64,000 bases of DNA from Candidatus Latescibacterota bacterium (GCA_965243025.1 CBDETY010000003.1:1952001-2016000); one strand, 5' to 3'; positions 1-9,062 are shown, numbered from the stretch's first letter. Program-made: numbers and translations. Notes: generated by a model from the sequence alone, not told the origin.

Positions 1-946
1 GTCGCTGTTCTTGATGACGAAGTAATGGGCCGCCGTCAGATGGCATTCGAGACGATTCATCCAGGAGGCGTTGGTCGCGGTGAAGACCAAAAAGACCTGA
101 TTTCGCTGACACCATCGCCGGATCTTGTCGGTCGTGTGCGTCGACAGGTTGTCGAGGACGAGGTAGATGCGTTTGGCTTTGCGGTAGCGGCGCCGGATGG
201 CCTTCAGGAAGGTGAGCACCACCGAGGCGTGCTTCTTCGGCTTGTGATGCATCCACAGGTGATCCTCGTGGACGTTGTAGGCGCCGAAGAAGTAGCTGAC
301 GCCGGCGTGCCGGGAGTAGGTGGCCCGGTGCCGCACCGGGTGTTTCTGCGGCGCCCACGAAGAGCCGGCATGGGGCTTGATCTGCACCGACCCCATCTCG
401 TCGAAGCAGACTACGACCGCGTTTTTCGGCGGGCGTCGGTAGAGGCGGTTGATGCGTTTTTTTTCGAGGAGAAATCCGGATCCTTCGACTCCTTCCAGGT
501 GCGAGTCCGCTGGTAGGTGATCTTATGCCGGTCCAGGACCTTGGCGATGGTCACGTGCGAGACCTTGGGGATCATCTGGCGCCCCACCAGACAGTCGGTC
601 AGCTTGCACAACGACCACTGATTGAAGGGTTCGCCGAAAGCCCGAGGGGGCATCTTGGCGATCTCCACCACCACGGACTCGTCTTCGGGCGTCAGCGTCG
701 GGGGCGCCCCGGATGGGCTCGGGTGCGCAGCGAGGCCAGCCCTTCCTCGTTGTATTGCCGCAGCAGTTGGCGCAGGTATTCCTCGTGCAGATGCAGGGTC
801 GACGACAGTTCCTGGACCCGCATCCCCTGGGCACGGAGGGAGATCAACTGCCCTCGGCGCATCTGCACGGCATTGCGCGGCCGCTTCAGCCATCGGCTCA
901 GTTCCCTGGATTCGGCCGCATTCGGTGTTCGAGCATGGAGACACAT
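1..946 (-). pseudogene. IS630 transposase with an extra 1-nt frameshift at ~700 in addition to the slippery A8 site
   Basis: GRP-RR-stop at ~692-706 would read GRPPTLT with one more C in the C-run. The TCG AAA AAA AAC site at 457-464 matches the programmed -1 frameshift known in IS630. Confidence 0.7.
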
Positions 947-1035
947 GGCAGGACCTCCCCGTAAGAATCGACGTATGTCCCCATGATACCAAGGCTTACG
1001 AGAAAGTACAAGCCGGAATCCTTAACGGAGCACTA
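1..1035 (-). mobile_element. IS630-family insertion sequence (runs off window start), transposase frameshifted
   Basis: The HTH ORF starts at 946 (MCLHARTPNAAESRELSRWL...). It continues in another frame (PTLTPEDE...WSLCKL...TWKESKDPDF). After the A8 tract at 457-464 a -1 frame gives the DDE domain (VCFDEMGP...LVLDNLSTH...ASWMNRLE). A likely terminus ...ACGGAGCAC|TA lies at ~1033-1035 (IS630 targets TA). Confidence 0.85.
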
Positions 1036-1176
1036 GCTGACTCGGCTGGTTGGTGCAGGTCTGAAGGGCGTCGCTACGCGGAACTGAGAGGTCTGCCCTG
1101 AAGCAATCCCGCAAGCTGGCCGAATTTTCTGCAAGAACCGACCTGAGGGCACTACTTCGGACGGCAAAGAACTTCG

Positions 1177-1330
1177 CTGACGAGGAAATCCGCATCTGCC
1201 GTGGGTTTCATACAGACAGCACCGAAACGAGCGGTTTTCCGGGATTCCTATTACGATCCGGGTCGAACCGTGTAGGACGTGAGTTCCCCTGAGGTTCGAT
1301 GCGGTGGATTTTGAAGCGCGCAAGGAGAAC
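1177..1330 (+). repeat. Dispersed degenerate repeat, inverted copy of ~31115-31270
   Basis: ACGAGGAAATCCGCATC...TACAGACAGCACCGAAACGAGCGG...CCGGGATTCC...GATCCGGGTCGAACCG...CGTGAGTTCCCCTGAGGTTCGATGCGGT aligns with the reverse complement of 31141-31270 (ACGAAGAAATCCTCATC...TACAGACAGCTCGGAAAGGAGCGG...CCGGGATTCC...GATCCGAGTCGGACCG...CGTGAGTTCCTGAGGGTCGATGCGGT). Confidence 0.8.
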
Positions 1331-1949
1331 CCACTTCCTCTTAGCACGCGGTTGTTAGGCCCTGAGGCTGGCGACGTAGTGGAAGGCGCCAAAGACCCAG
1401 GTTATGCTGACGACGAAGAGGGCGATTCCGGAGGCAAAGTAACGGGGGTCATGGTGCGTCTCCTTTGGTTTGCGATCCTTTCAAATCGCGGGGTTTAAGG
1501 TGACTGGCCCGGGTATCGCAAACGGTGTGCCACTGCTCTGCCAGCTCCGGCGTGAAATAGATACAGGTTATTTAAAAACAGCAGGTCACAGAGAGTTAAC
1601 CGGTGGCTTGCAGGGCGGATATTTCCGCTCGTCCTTTCGGGTATTATCTTTAGGTAACCTGCTGTTTATCAGAAGGTTAGGACCAAACCTGGTGATTCGA
1701 GGGTAACCTGGGAAAATACCGGAGGCTCCGATATTTCGGACTGCTGAATCCGCTATTCCGTAGGCCGGTCGGCCCCGTGTTCGATGTTCAGCTTCATCAT
1801 GCGGACCCCAGAGGTTGTCGGCTTGACGTCGGTTCTTTCGGCGACCCCCTACGCCGGGGATGGCGCCACCCGGCCAACTCGAGCATCGCGAGAATGTGAC
1901 CGCCAGGTCGTGCGGCAGCTTCCCGCCTCCGTCGAGAAAAGAGCGTGCG

Positions 1950-2080
1950 GGCTGTCGGAGAGCTCGAAGCGCCCGATCTTGCGTGCTCCGGTCCCTGTGA
2001 AGGCCCCCTTCCCGTGCCCGAAAAGTTCGCTCTCCATCCGAGTTCTACGCCTGCGCCGCGCAGTTCACTTTGACAGGAGG
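1950..2080 (-). pseudogene. Fragment of a sigma-54-dependent enhancer-binding protein (AAA+ domain)
   Basis: VKVNCAA, then a frameshift/stop, then MESELFGHGKGAFTGTGARKIGRFELSD. This is the canonical ESELFGHxKGAFTGA...GRFELA segment. No Walker A or HTH is seen. Confidence 0.8.
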
Positions 2081-2641
2081 ACCCTCGCGGACCCTCGTTG
2101 GAATCGCCAGTTCCTCCGGTTCAGGCCCGCCATATCCTGGAACCCCTTATTGCGTTCAAGTCCATGATTTCCTATCCTGTTGCCAAGTCACTCCTTCTGC
2201 AGAGATCCGGCTGCCTTCGCCGGGTCCCTGCCGAATAAACCCATACCTCGGTCGAAGGGTAGCTCCCTGAGACTTTGGGCGAATAAGCAGGACTTTCCCG
2301 ATCTCTCTGCGGAAGGGTGACACGGCCCGGCTTTCAGTCGGTGCCGTTCGTCACCTTGTCACCGGGAGAGAACGGTAACTTCATAGAACCTGAAGTCCCC
2401 AACTACTGATCCACAGAACCAGAAGAAGGTCGGGTGGTTATCTACGTTCGTCGGTCACCGCCTTTAGGACCTCCTCTCTATCTATTACTCCATAAGAGAG
2501 TATCCGTTGGACAAACCGCTATTTGAGGGCCCTGCTGGAAAAATTCGCTCCCCTCGGAAAAAGGAAAAACAGACAGCACCTCTATGACATCTCAAACCAA
2601 CTTGGTATTCCATAAAATCCCAAACAAAGGCGAACAGATAT

Positions 2642-3307
2642 TTGGATTGGATTAAGGATCTTCCACTTCTATTTACTCTCAACTACGTATTGGCTCTTTT
2701 ATTCTTTATTCAGACTTTAGCAGTAATTGGAGGGATCCTTTACGCAGCAAGTAAAGGAGTTTTTCGGAGATTGATCTGCTTGATATGGAGACGAGAGCTT
2801 TTACAAGAAAACATTACGGGGTTCTTGGTATGGGGAAGTTCTCTTTTTTCGTATTGGTATTTCCTATTTCTTATGAATATGGTCAACTCGGATATCAACG
2901 TCGGAGAATGCTTTGCAAACTATCCAATTGTCAGTTGGTATGTTATGACGATGTCTGTTACCTTCATGATATATATCCCGGTTGATACAACTCGGCGATT
3001 AAATGAAACCATGAAACGATGTCGCCAGTTGGAAATTTTGAGAAATATAACAGATGTTTTGGATGATTTAATTCCTATAGAGCCCATACTAAAAAAAATA
3101 ATTGGACCATTGAGTATCTCCCCTTTGGGCAAAAGAATTGGACTAGCAGGAAAAATAGTATCGTGGATAGTCAAAAGTCATATTGATCGAAAAGTCGGGG
3201 ATGCGGTTTCATATTTTCTAATCAGATCTTCTTTGGAATTTGGAGGACGAGTTTCTCTCCTGATTGGAGCTATATACTGTGCAACAGGAAAAATCATTCT
3301 TTGGTGA
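2642..3307 (+). CDS. Hypothetical multi-pass membrane protein (AT-rich)
   Basis: 221-aa ORF with 3-4 hydrophobic segments, in a markedly AT-rich patch. No family recognised. Confidence 0.6.
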   Translation: MDWIKDLPLLFTLNYVLALLFFIQTLAVIGGILYAASKGVFRRLICLIWRRELLQENITGFLVWGSSLFSYWYFLFLMNMVNSDINVGECFANYPIVSWYVMTMSVTFMIYIPVDTTRRLNETMKRCRQLEILRNITDVLDDLIPIEPILKKIIGPLSISPLGKRIGLAGKIVSWIVKSHIDRKVGDAVSYFLIRSSLEFGGRVSLLIGAIYCATGKIILW

Positions 3308-3484
3308 GAAGCAAATCTGGCCAGTAGCGGTGCACTGGTACTGGCCAGATTTGTCTGAGAAGGCGAGATCGACCGCGAATGCTCCGACATGGCGCCCCAT
3401 AGCCATGCCTATCCTCACCAGATTAATTTCGGGGAAACCTTGCAACTATGCAGTAAAGTAAATTAAGGAGGGAGGGCAATAACC

Positions 3485-4111
3485 ATGCTGAGAGTCATAG
3501 GAATTAATCCGATGGCAGCCGCTGGTGTTATCGCCATCGACTCGATGCTTTTCGGTGGAACAGTATTTACCGGAGGCGTTGGTTACATAGCTTCGATTCC
3601 GGTTGGTATCGCAACTGCCATTGCGGTTTGCCTCATACAGAACCGTGGATTTCCGCGGGACGATTTGGGGCTCGCAGCCGGGAAAGGAATAATGGTGGGG
3701 TTGCTTACGGCGATCCCAACGCCCTTGCCTTCGGTTTTTGTTTTTGGAGCAGGGACGGCCGGTGCGTTGGTACGCAAAAGGAGGCTTGATCTCCTGGAGG
3801 GCGACTCAGCAAATTCGCAGAAATTTCTGAAATTTAGAACAGTGGTAATTTTAATCATTTTTATAGCCATTTTGGCATCGATGGTCCTTGTAATGGTCGC
3901 ATACATTGGTCGTTCAAACCAGGAAACTGTAAATTTGCCTAGAGTTGACCCGATTTCGTGGACACCTCATTTCCTGAAGAAAGAGAGGAGGATGTCCAAC
4001 CATGCCATGCCGAAATCAAAGGGCTACCCATCCCGTTCCCCGAATCGATTTTGGAAACCTAAGATTACCGCGCCCTGCCGCATTTCACCTTGGCATGAAA
4101 TGATTTGCTGA
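3485..4111 (+). CDS. Hypothetical membrane protein
   Basis: Strong RBS (AAGGAGGGAGG) before the ATG. Gly-rich hydrophobic helices, a GLLTAIPTPLP motif, and another TM segment near the C-terminus. Confidence 0.65.
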   Translation: MLRVIGINPMAAAGVIAIDSMLFGGTVFTGGVGYIASIPVGIATAIAVCLIQNRGFPRDDLGLAAGKGIMVGLLTAIPTPLPSVFVFGAGTAGALVRKRRLDLLEGDSANSQKFLKFRTVVILIIFIAILASMVLVMVAYIGRSNQETVNLPRVDPISWTPHFLKKERRMSNHAMPKSKGYPSRSPNRFWKPKITAPCRISPWHEMIC

Positions 4112-4244
4112 TTCTCAAGCTAAAGGATAGGCGCAACGGATTGCACCTACCCTCCGGTCGGCATCTACCGGCTGCGCCAGTGGTTCAGGACGATCTGAAT
4201 CACTTCCAGCGCGACTTCCAGCAGAATCGCCAACCATCTTGGCA

Positions 4245-4634
4245 TCATGAGCTATCACCCCCTTCCTGTGGTGGGTCCTTCCGGACGAACTTCCCGGTCT
4301 CGTCCCGCACTCTGCGCTGGGCAGCCCGCTGGGCCGCCCGACTTCTCGGGCTGGGTCCTTCCGGGTCTACGCCGTTCTGGATGTCGTTGTCAGGGATACC
4401 GGGGGCGTCCCGTGGATCGGGATCGGTTTCCATCCCGAAGTCTCGACGGACAACAGACAGCTTGTCCTTCACCTTCGCCTTGATCCACTCGGTATGGACC
4501 TTGTTGAGGGCCAGCTTGTAGAGGAACACTCCCGCCTCTCGGGCCGCGACCACGGCGATGACTTTGACAACGGGTTTCAGGGAGTTCAGCAGTTTCCGCT
4601 GTTCGCCGTTGCCGGTGAGGGGATTGGGAATCAT
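4245..4634 (-). CDS. Hypothetical protein (phage/MGE-like)
   Basis: AAGGAG RBS before ATG at 4634 (MIPNPLTGNGEQRKLL...). Ends with a basic RxRDxxGKF motif. Confidence 0.55.
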   Translation of the reverse strand: MIPNPLTGNGEQRKLLNSLKPVVKVIAVVAAREAGVFLYKLALNKVHTEWIKAKVKDKLSVVRRDFGMETDPDPRDAPGIPDNDIQNGVDPEGPSPRSRAAQRAAQRRVRDETGKFVRKDPPQEGGDSS

Positions 4635-4651
4635 GAGGGTTCTCCTTCGCG

Positions 4652-4861
4652 TCAAATGTCCTTCGGACGCCCGGGGGTCTTTCCTCCGGCCTCCCGGGAC
4701 AGCAGTTCGATGAGTTGCCTTGCCCGGCCTACGGGCAGGATGATTTCGTAGGTGCCACCTCCCCGGCGGGCGCCTTGAACGGAGATTCCCGGTATCTGAA
4801 GTCCCGAAAGGAAGGTGCATTCCTCAACGGTCTGGATCTCCACCGTGCGATGTTCGACCAT
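4652..4861 (-). CDS. Small hypothetical protein
   Basis: AAAAAGGA RBS before ATG at 4861 (MVEHRTVEIQ...). Collinear with the next gene. Confidence 0.5.
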   Translation of the reverse strand: MVEHRTVEIQTVEECTFLSGLQIPGISVQGARRGGGTYEIILPVGRARQLIELLSREAGGKTPGRPKDI

Positions 4862-4904
4862 GCGGTTTCCTTTTTTTGAGCGGTTTGATGTTATGGGAGA
4901 GCAC

Positions 4905-4936
4905 AAAAAAGCCCCCGGCCTTCAAAGAGGCGGGGG
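4905..4936 (-). terminator. Intrinsic terminator downstream of the IS1595 transposase
   Basis: Minus strand reads CCCCCGCC-TCTTTGAA-GGCCGGGGG-C-TTTTTT: a GC hairpin plus T6. Confidence 0.7.
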
Positions 4937-4959
4937 AGCGGCGAAGGGCCTGGCTGTTT

Positions 4960-5952
4960 TTATTTTACCAGATCCCGGTACAGCAACCGTTTGCCCACCA
5001 TCCGGGCAACCAGGTCTTCCATCTGCTCAAGGGTGTCCTTGTCGCGGATGTTGTGCCTTCCGACGAACTCGTCGATGTATCGCTGCAGGTGCTTGGGGGA
5101 CATTTTGTGATAGGTCCCCTTGTAGGCTCGCTTGATCATGGACCAGAAGCTTTCGATGCCGTTGGTGTGGGACCCATCGGTTGAGAACTGGCCTTTCGAG
5201 TGAATGACGAACTCGGATTTCCCCGGCCACCTGAAATCCTTCAAGGCACTGGCTCCATCGCTGTACAGGGTGCCGTTTGCTCTCAGGTGCCTCTTGGCAA
5301 ACGCTTGCAGAATGTCCGCCGTTTCGGCAGGGATAACGCTTGCGGCGACCTTGCCGGATTTTCGGTCCTTCATGCCCACGACGATGGTTTTTCCCTCCAT
5401 CCATCGTTCCCGCAGTCTCTTGTCGGCGTGCTTGTTGGCCTCCTTTCCGCCAAAATAGGCCTGGTCGATCTCGCCTCTCCTGCTTCCGAGCTTTTCTTGA
5501 TCCGACCAGGCTTCGCGGATGCGGTGGCCCATGAACCAGGCCGTTGCATGCGTTACCTGGAGGTCCCGGTGCAGCTTCAGGCTGGACACGCCCTTGAGGC
5601 TGGACAGGTGCAGGTAGATGGCGATGACCCATTTCTGCAGGGGGACCTTGGAGTGGGACAGCACCGTTCCGGTGCGCACGCTGAACCGCTTTCGGCAGTC
5701 CCCGCACCAGTAGGGCATGGATTTTCGGTCGGGACATTCCGATATCATGCCGTAACAGCCGCAGTGGGGGCAGTGGATCTGCTTGCTCCACCGGGTTTCC
5801 TCGAACCAGCGTTCCGCGGCCGCGTCGTCGGGGAACCTGGCGAACAGCTCGATCAGGGACAGGCCTTTCCGGTCGTTCCTTCCCGGCCCTTCCGGGACAA
5901 GCCCCCTGCCGGCTTTGGACCAGCGGCCCAGGAATCGTTTAAAAAGTTTCAT
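4960..5952 (-). CDS. IS1595-family (ISXO2-like) transposase
   Basis: Zn ribbon CPHCG...YWCGDCRKRFSVRTGT, HTH (GVSSLKLHRDLQVTHATAWFMGHRIREA), catalytic EIDQAY / YSDG / HTNGIESFWSMIKR, and C-terminal HLQRYIDEF. Confidence 0.92.
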   Translation of the reverse strand: MKLFKRFLGRWSKAGRGLVPEGPGRNDRKGLSLIELFARFPDDAAAERWFEETRWSKQIHCPHCGCYGMISECPDRKSMPYWCGDCRKRFSVRTGTVLSHSKVPLQKWVIAIYLHLSSLKGVSSLKLHRDLQVTHATAWFMGHRIREAWSDQEKLGSRRGEIDQAYFGGKEANKHADKRLRERWMEGKTIVVGMKDRKSGKVAASVIPAETADILQAFAKRHLRANGTLYSDGASALKDFRWPGKSEFVIHSKGQFSTDGSHTNGIESFWSMIKRAYKGTYHKMSPKHLQRYIDEFVGRHNIRDKDTLEQMEDLVARMVGKRLLYRDLVK

Positions 5953-5993
5953 GAGTTCCTTTTCTGAGTGAGATGGAAGAACGGGGTCCCCCC

Positions 5994-6431
5994 CTATACG
6001 ATTCCGAGCTCCTTCATGGATACGCTTTCGCCAGGAGGAGCGACGACGACATGATCGAGCACCTGAATCCCCATCAGGCCGCCGGCCTCGGCAAGACGGT
6101 GGGTGAGATCGATGTCTTCCTTGGAGGGCGCCGGATCCCCGGAGGGGTGATTGTGCGCCAGAATGATGCTGGTGGCTCCCTTCAGGATCGCTGCCTTGAA
6201 CACTTCTCGGGGATGGACAAGGGAAGCGTTCTGACTGCCGATGGAGGTCGTCTCATGTGCGACTACGCGATTGCGGGTGTCGAGGTGGAGGACTATGAAC
6301 ACCTCCCGGTCGGCTGAGGCTATGTCGAGGGTTTCCAGGTAGGCGAGCACCTCGTTGGGACTGGTCAGCGGCTCCGAGCATACGTCCTGCCAGATCTGCC
6401 GCACCTTGCGTTCTACGACTTCGAGTTTCAT
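5994..6431 (-). CDS. radC: RadC-family JAB domain protein (short MGE type)
   Basis: Motifs DREVF...LVHPREVFKAAI...ILAHNHPSGDPAPSKED...VLDHVV. Lacks the N-terminal HhH region. AAAGGA RBS. Confidence 0.92.
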   Translation of the reverse strand: MKLEVVERKVRQIWQDVCSEPLTSPNEVLAYLETLDIASADREVFIVLHLDTRNRVVAHETTSIGSQNASLVHPREVFKAAILKGATSIILAHNHPSGDPAPSKEDIDLTHRLAEAGGLMGIQVLDHVVVAPPGESVSMKELGIV

Positions 6432-6670
6432 GGGGTCCTTTCTTCTGGTGAGATGCCGTCAGTTCATGTTTTCATCCCCCCTTCTTGTTCTGCCACAGGA
6501 GGTTGCGTATAACAGGTGCCGCATTACGTTCCGGTTTTTCAGGACAGGCGATCAGGAAAGACCGCCGGGAGTGACTCAAAGAGGAGGGCAGCCTGGAGTC
6601 TTCGAATTACCCAGGTATGCTATTCAGCAAGGTCCCTGACCGCATCGAATCGGCCAAGGGGGACGCGAGA

Positions 6671-6836
6671 CTACCGTACCGGATCCAGAGCTGATTCCAG
6701 ATCTTTCAATACCTGAAGGAACGCTCTTTGGCTTTTGTCTGTGCATCGCAGCAGCTTGTTTGAGGGGCATCGTGATACACCCGCACCGTCAGCTTTTCCT
6801 GGCGGGGATAGATTTCGAAATCGAAAGAGGGTCCCG
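6671..6836 (-). pseudogene. Frameshifted 3' remnant paralogous to the gene at 7525-7836
   Basis: GPSFDFEIYPRQEKLTVRVYHDAP...CDAQTKAKE / LQVLKDLESALDP versus GPSFEFEIYPRQEKLTMLVYHDTP...CDAQAKAKDGLLQVLKELESALGP. The DNA match spans ~160 bp. Confidence 0.8.
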
Positions 6837-7440
6837 TTCGGGCCGAACCCCACTGCAGACCGCCGCCCAGTGGAATCAGAATCTCGCCGTCATCACAGCC
6901 AAGCTGAACGCCGGAGCGGACCCGAATGCCCGGGACAACAACGGAAACACCGCACTGCATTTCGCTGCCTGGAACGAAAAAACCTCTGTCATTACGGCCT
7001 TCCTGAAGGCCGGAGCCGATCCGAACGCTCGTAATCGATTCGGGGACACACCTTTGATGTGGTGGGCTGCCACGGGAAGGGCCAATCCCGTCGCCATCGC
7101 TGCTCTCCTGGAAGCAGGAGCCGACCCGAACGCACAGAATAAATCAGGCGAAACACCCCTGCGTTGGGCTGCAGCGGTTAACGAGAACCCTGCCGTCATA
7201 GCGGCTTTGCTGAAAGCAGGAGCGGATCCCAACGCACGGGACATGGATGGGAATACGTACCTCCACTCTGCAGCCGCCAAAAACCAGAACCCCGCCGTTA
7301 TCGCGGCCTTGCTGGACGCCGGAGCCGATCCGGCTGCTCGAAACGCGGAAGGTAAAATCCCGTGGGATTACGCCGAGGAAAACGAGGCGCTCCGAAAAAC
7401 CGAGGCTTATTGGCGGCTGAACGACGCGAGGTTCGAATAA
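6760..7440 (+). CDS. Ankyrin-repeat protein (5 repeats plus cap); native start uncertain or lost
   Basis: Five ~34-aa GxTPLHxAA...LLxAGADPNA units from ~6841, then the cap GKIPWDYAEENEALRKTEAYWRLNDARFE. Confidence 0.88.
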   Translation: MRGIVIHPHRQLFLAGIDFEIERGSRSGRTPLQTAAQWNQNLAVITAKLNAGADPNARDNNGNTALHFAAWNEKTSVITAFLKAGADPNARNRFGDTPLMWWAATGRANPVAIAALLEAGADPNAQNKSGETPLRWAAAVNENPAVIAALLKAGADPNARDMDGNTYLHSAAAKNQNPAVIAALLDAGADPAARNAEGKIPWDYAEENEALRKTEAYWRLNDARFE

Positions 7441-7524
7441 CCAGATTCAAACAACCTGGTGGGAGGGGACGAGCCGATGTCCCAGGGCTCAGGTCGTGGA
7501 AGAATCAGCCAGGGGGCTCCGGGA

Positions 7525-7836
7525 CTAAGGTGCTGGACCCAGAGCAGATTCCAGTTCCTTCAATACCTGAAGAAGTCCGTCTTTCGCCTTTGCCTGTGCA
7601 TCGCAGGAGCTGAGTTCCGGGGTATCGTGATACACCAGCATCGTCAACTTTTCCTGGCGGGGATAGATTTCGAATTCGAAAGAGGGTCCCGGCTGAAGCG
7701 GCGGCTGGTAGAGGACCAGGACGATCTCCACCTCGGTAACGTATTTCCCTGCCGGTGGCGCAAAGATGCCGTCGGCAAACCGGTTCGGGTTCACCCTCTC
7801 GGTCTGGCCCGGGAGGGCACGGATTCGTTCGGTCAT
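7525..7836 (-). CDS. Hypothetical protein
   Basis: AAAGGA RBS before ATG at 7836 (MTERIRALPG...). The paralogous remnant at 6671-6836 supports coding status. Confidence 0.6.
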   Translation of the reverse strand: MTERIRALPGQTERVNPNRFADGIFAPPAGKYVTEVEIVLVLYQPPLQPGPSFEFEIYPRQEKLTMLVYHDTPELSSCDAQAKAKDGLLQVLKELESALGPAP

Positions 7837-7863
7837 GCCAAGTCCTTTCTTTGAAGGAGGGAG

Positions 7864-8358
7864 ATGTTGAAGTGGCTGCAGCCTTCTGAAGAACTGACTG
7901 CCATTTTCGGCCACGAGCCGGTGTCCAAGGCTCAGGTCGTCGAAGGATTCTGGGGCTACATCCGGGAGAACGGCTTACAGGACCCGAGGAATCCGCGAAG
8001 GATCAAAGCCGGCGAAAACCTCGGGAGGATTTTCGACGGCCAGGATCAGGTGACCCTGTTCGAGTTGACCAGGATGGTCAACAAACACCTGTTCGTCTGC
8101 TCGGAAGGCGAGGCGGTAACAGACGAGGAGCTGGTGAGGGAGTTCGAGGAAAAGGTGCTGGCGGGGTCCTACGAGACGCTGGGGTGCTCGCCGGAGATGT
8201 CCGACGAGGAACTGAAACAGAAATACCGGGAACTATCTCGTGAATATCACCCGGACAAGCTGTCCGGGGAGGTTCCCGCAGGAATCGTCAAACTGGCGGA
8301 GGAGAAGTTTCAGGAGATTCAAAGCGCCTACGCCCTCGTGGTGACATCCAGGAGCTGA
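7864..8358 (+). CDS. SWIB/MDM2 domain - DnaJ (J-domain) fusion protein
   Basis: N-terminus LQPSEELTAIFG...VVEGFWGYIRENGLQDPRNPRRI...LFELTRMVNKHL is a bacterial SWIB domain. C-terminus YETLG...YRELSREYHPDKL...AEEKFQEIQSAY is a DjlA-type J domain with HPD. GAAGGAGG RBS. Confidence 0.85.
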   Translation: MLKWLQPSEELTAIFGHEPVSKAQVVEGFWGYIRENGLQDPRNPRRIKAGENLGRIFDGQDQVTLFELTRMVNKHLFVCSEGEAVTDEELVREFEEKVLAGSYETLGCSPEMSDEELKQKYRELSREYHPDKLSGEVPAGIVKLAEEKFQEIQSAYALVVTSRS

Positions 8359-8397
8359 CCCGGCATCTTGGGAAACCGTGAAGGAGGAAGTTGGCCC

Positions 8398-8475
8398 ATG
8401 AAAAGGTTCCTATTGGCCGCTCTGATTGCCGTGGCGGCGGCCTTTGTTCTTACGATGCTGCGAGTGATTCCGTAA
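8398..8475 (+). CDS. 25-aa hydrophobic peptide MKRFLLAALIAVAAAFVLTMLRVIP
   Basis: GAAGGAGG RBS, ATG 8398, TAA 8473-8475. Single TM or signal-like sequence. Below the ORF-track cutoff. Confidence 0.45.
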   Translation: MKRFLLAALIAVAAAFVLTMLRVIP

Positions 8476-8490
8476 GAGTGTCCCTGCCTG

Positions 8491-8763
8491 TCATCCTTTC
8501 TTCACCGCCATTTTCCTGATCTCCTCCAGGGCGGTGTCCAGATACGGATCCATGATACCCTCTGATTCTCCGAACAACTCCAGCAGGGCGAAGGTGAGGC
8601 ATATAGCCTGCACTGCCGACACCGGGAGGGCGATCCCTCCCATCTCGGGGTGCCGGAAGAAGAGGGCAATACAGGCTGGATCTACGTCCGCCATCAGGTG
8701 AACCTTCTCGAAGGCCACGTCCTGATATACGGATTCGATTTTGCTTCTGATTTTCTGGTCCAT
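8491..8763 (-). CDS. Hypothetical protein
   Basis: GAAAGGA RBS before ATG 8763 (MDQKIRSKIESVYQD...), 90 aa. Confidence 0.55.
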   Translation of the reverse strand: MDQKIRSKIESVYQDVAFEKVHLMADVDPACIALFFRHPEMGGIALPVSAVQAICLTFALLELFGESEGIMDPYLDTALEEIRKMAVKKG

Positions 8764-8852
8764 TGACTGGTTTCCTTTCCCGGAAAGGGAGATTTGCTGA
8801 TATATGCGGGCTTGTGGAGAACAGGAGAGCAATGGGGTGTGGGCCTGTCCTG

Positions 8853-9062
8853 TCACTCTCCATCCGCCCTTACCCATCCCTCGACCCTCTGAGACAGGGT
8901 CTTGACCTCGGAGAGACGGAAGACGAGTTCGCGAACTTCCCCTCCGTGCTTCTGGCGGTGTGCCGTTGCTTCCCGAAGGGTTTCGAACCGTTCAACCTTC
9001 TTGTCCTTGACTACTGCATATCGGCGGATGATCCACTTGGGTAGATCCACTTCCTCGGACAT
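8853..9062 (-). CDS. Small phage-like hypothetical protein
   Basis: AAAGGAG RBS. 69 aa with a FETLREAxA motif typical of small phage proteins. Confidence 0.55.
   Translation of the reverse strand: MSEEVDLPKWIIRRYAVVKDKKVERFETLREATAHRQKHGGEVRELVFRLSEVKTLSQRVEGWVRADGE

Noticed and set aside
25-1101. Plus-strand ORFs 25-516, 525-986 and 622-1101
   Set aside because: Antisense shadows of the IS630 transposase.
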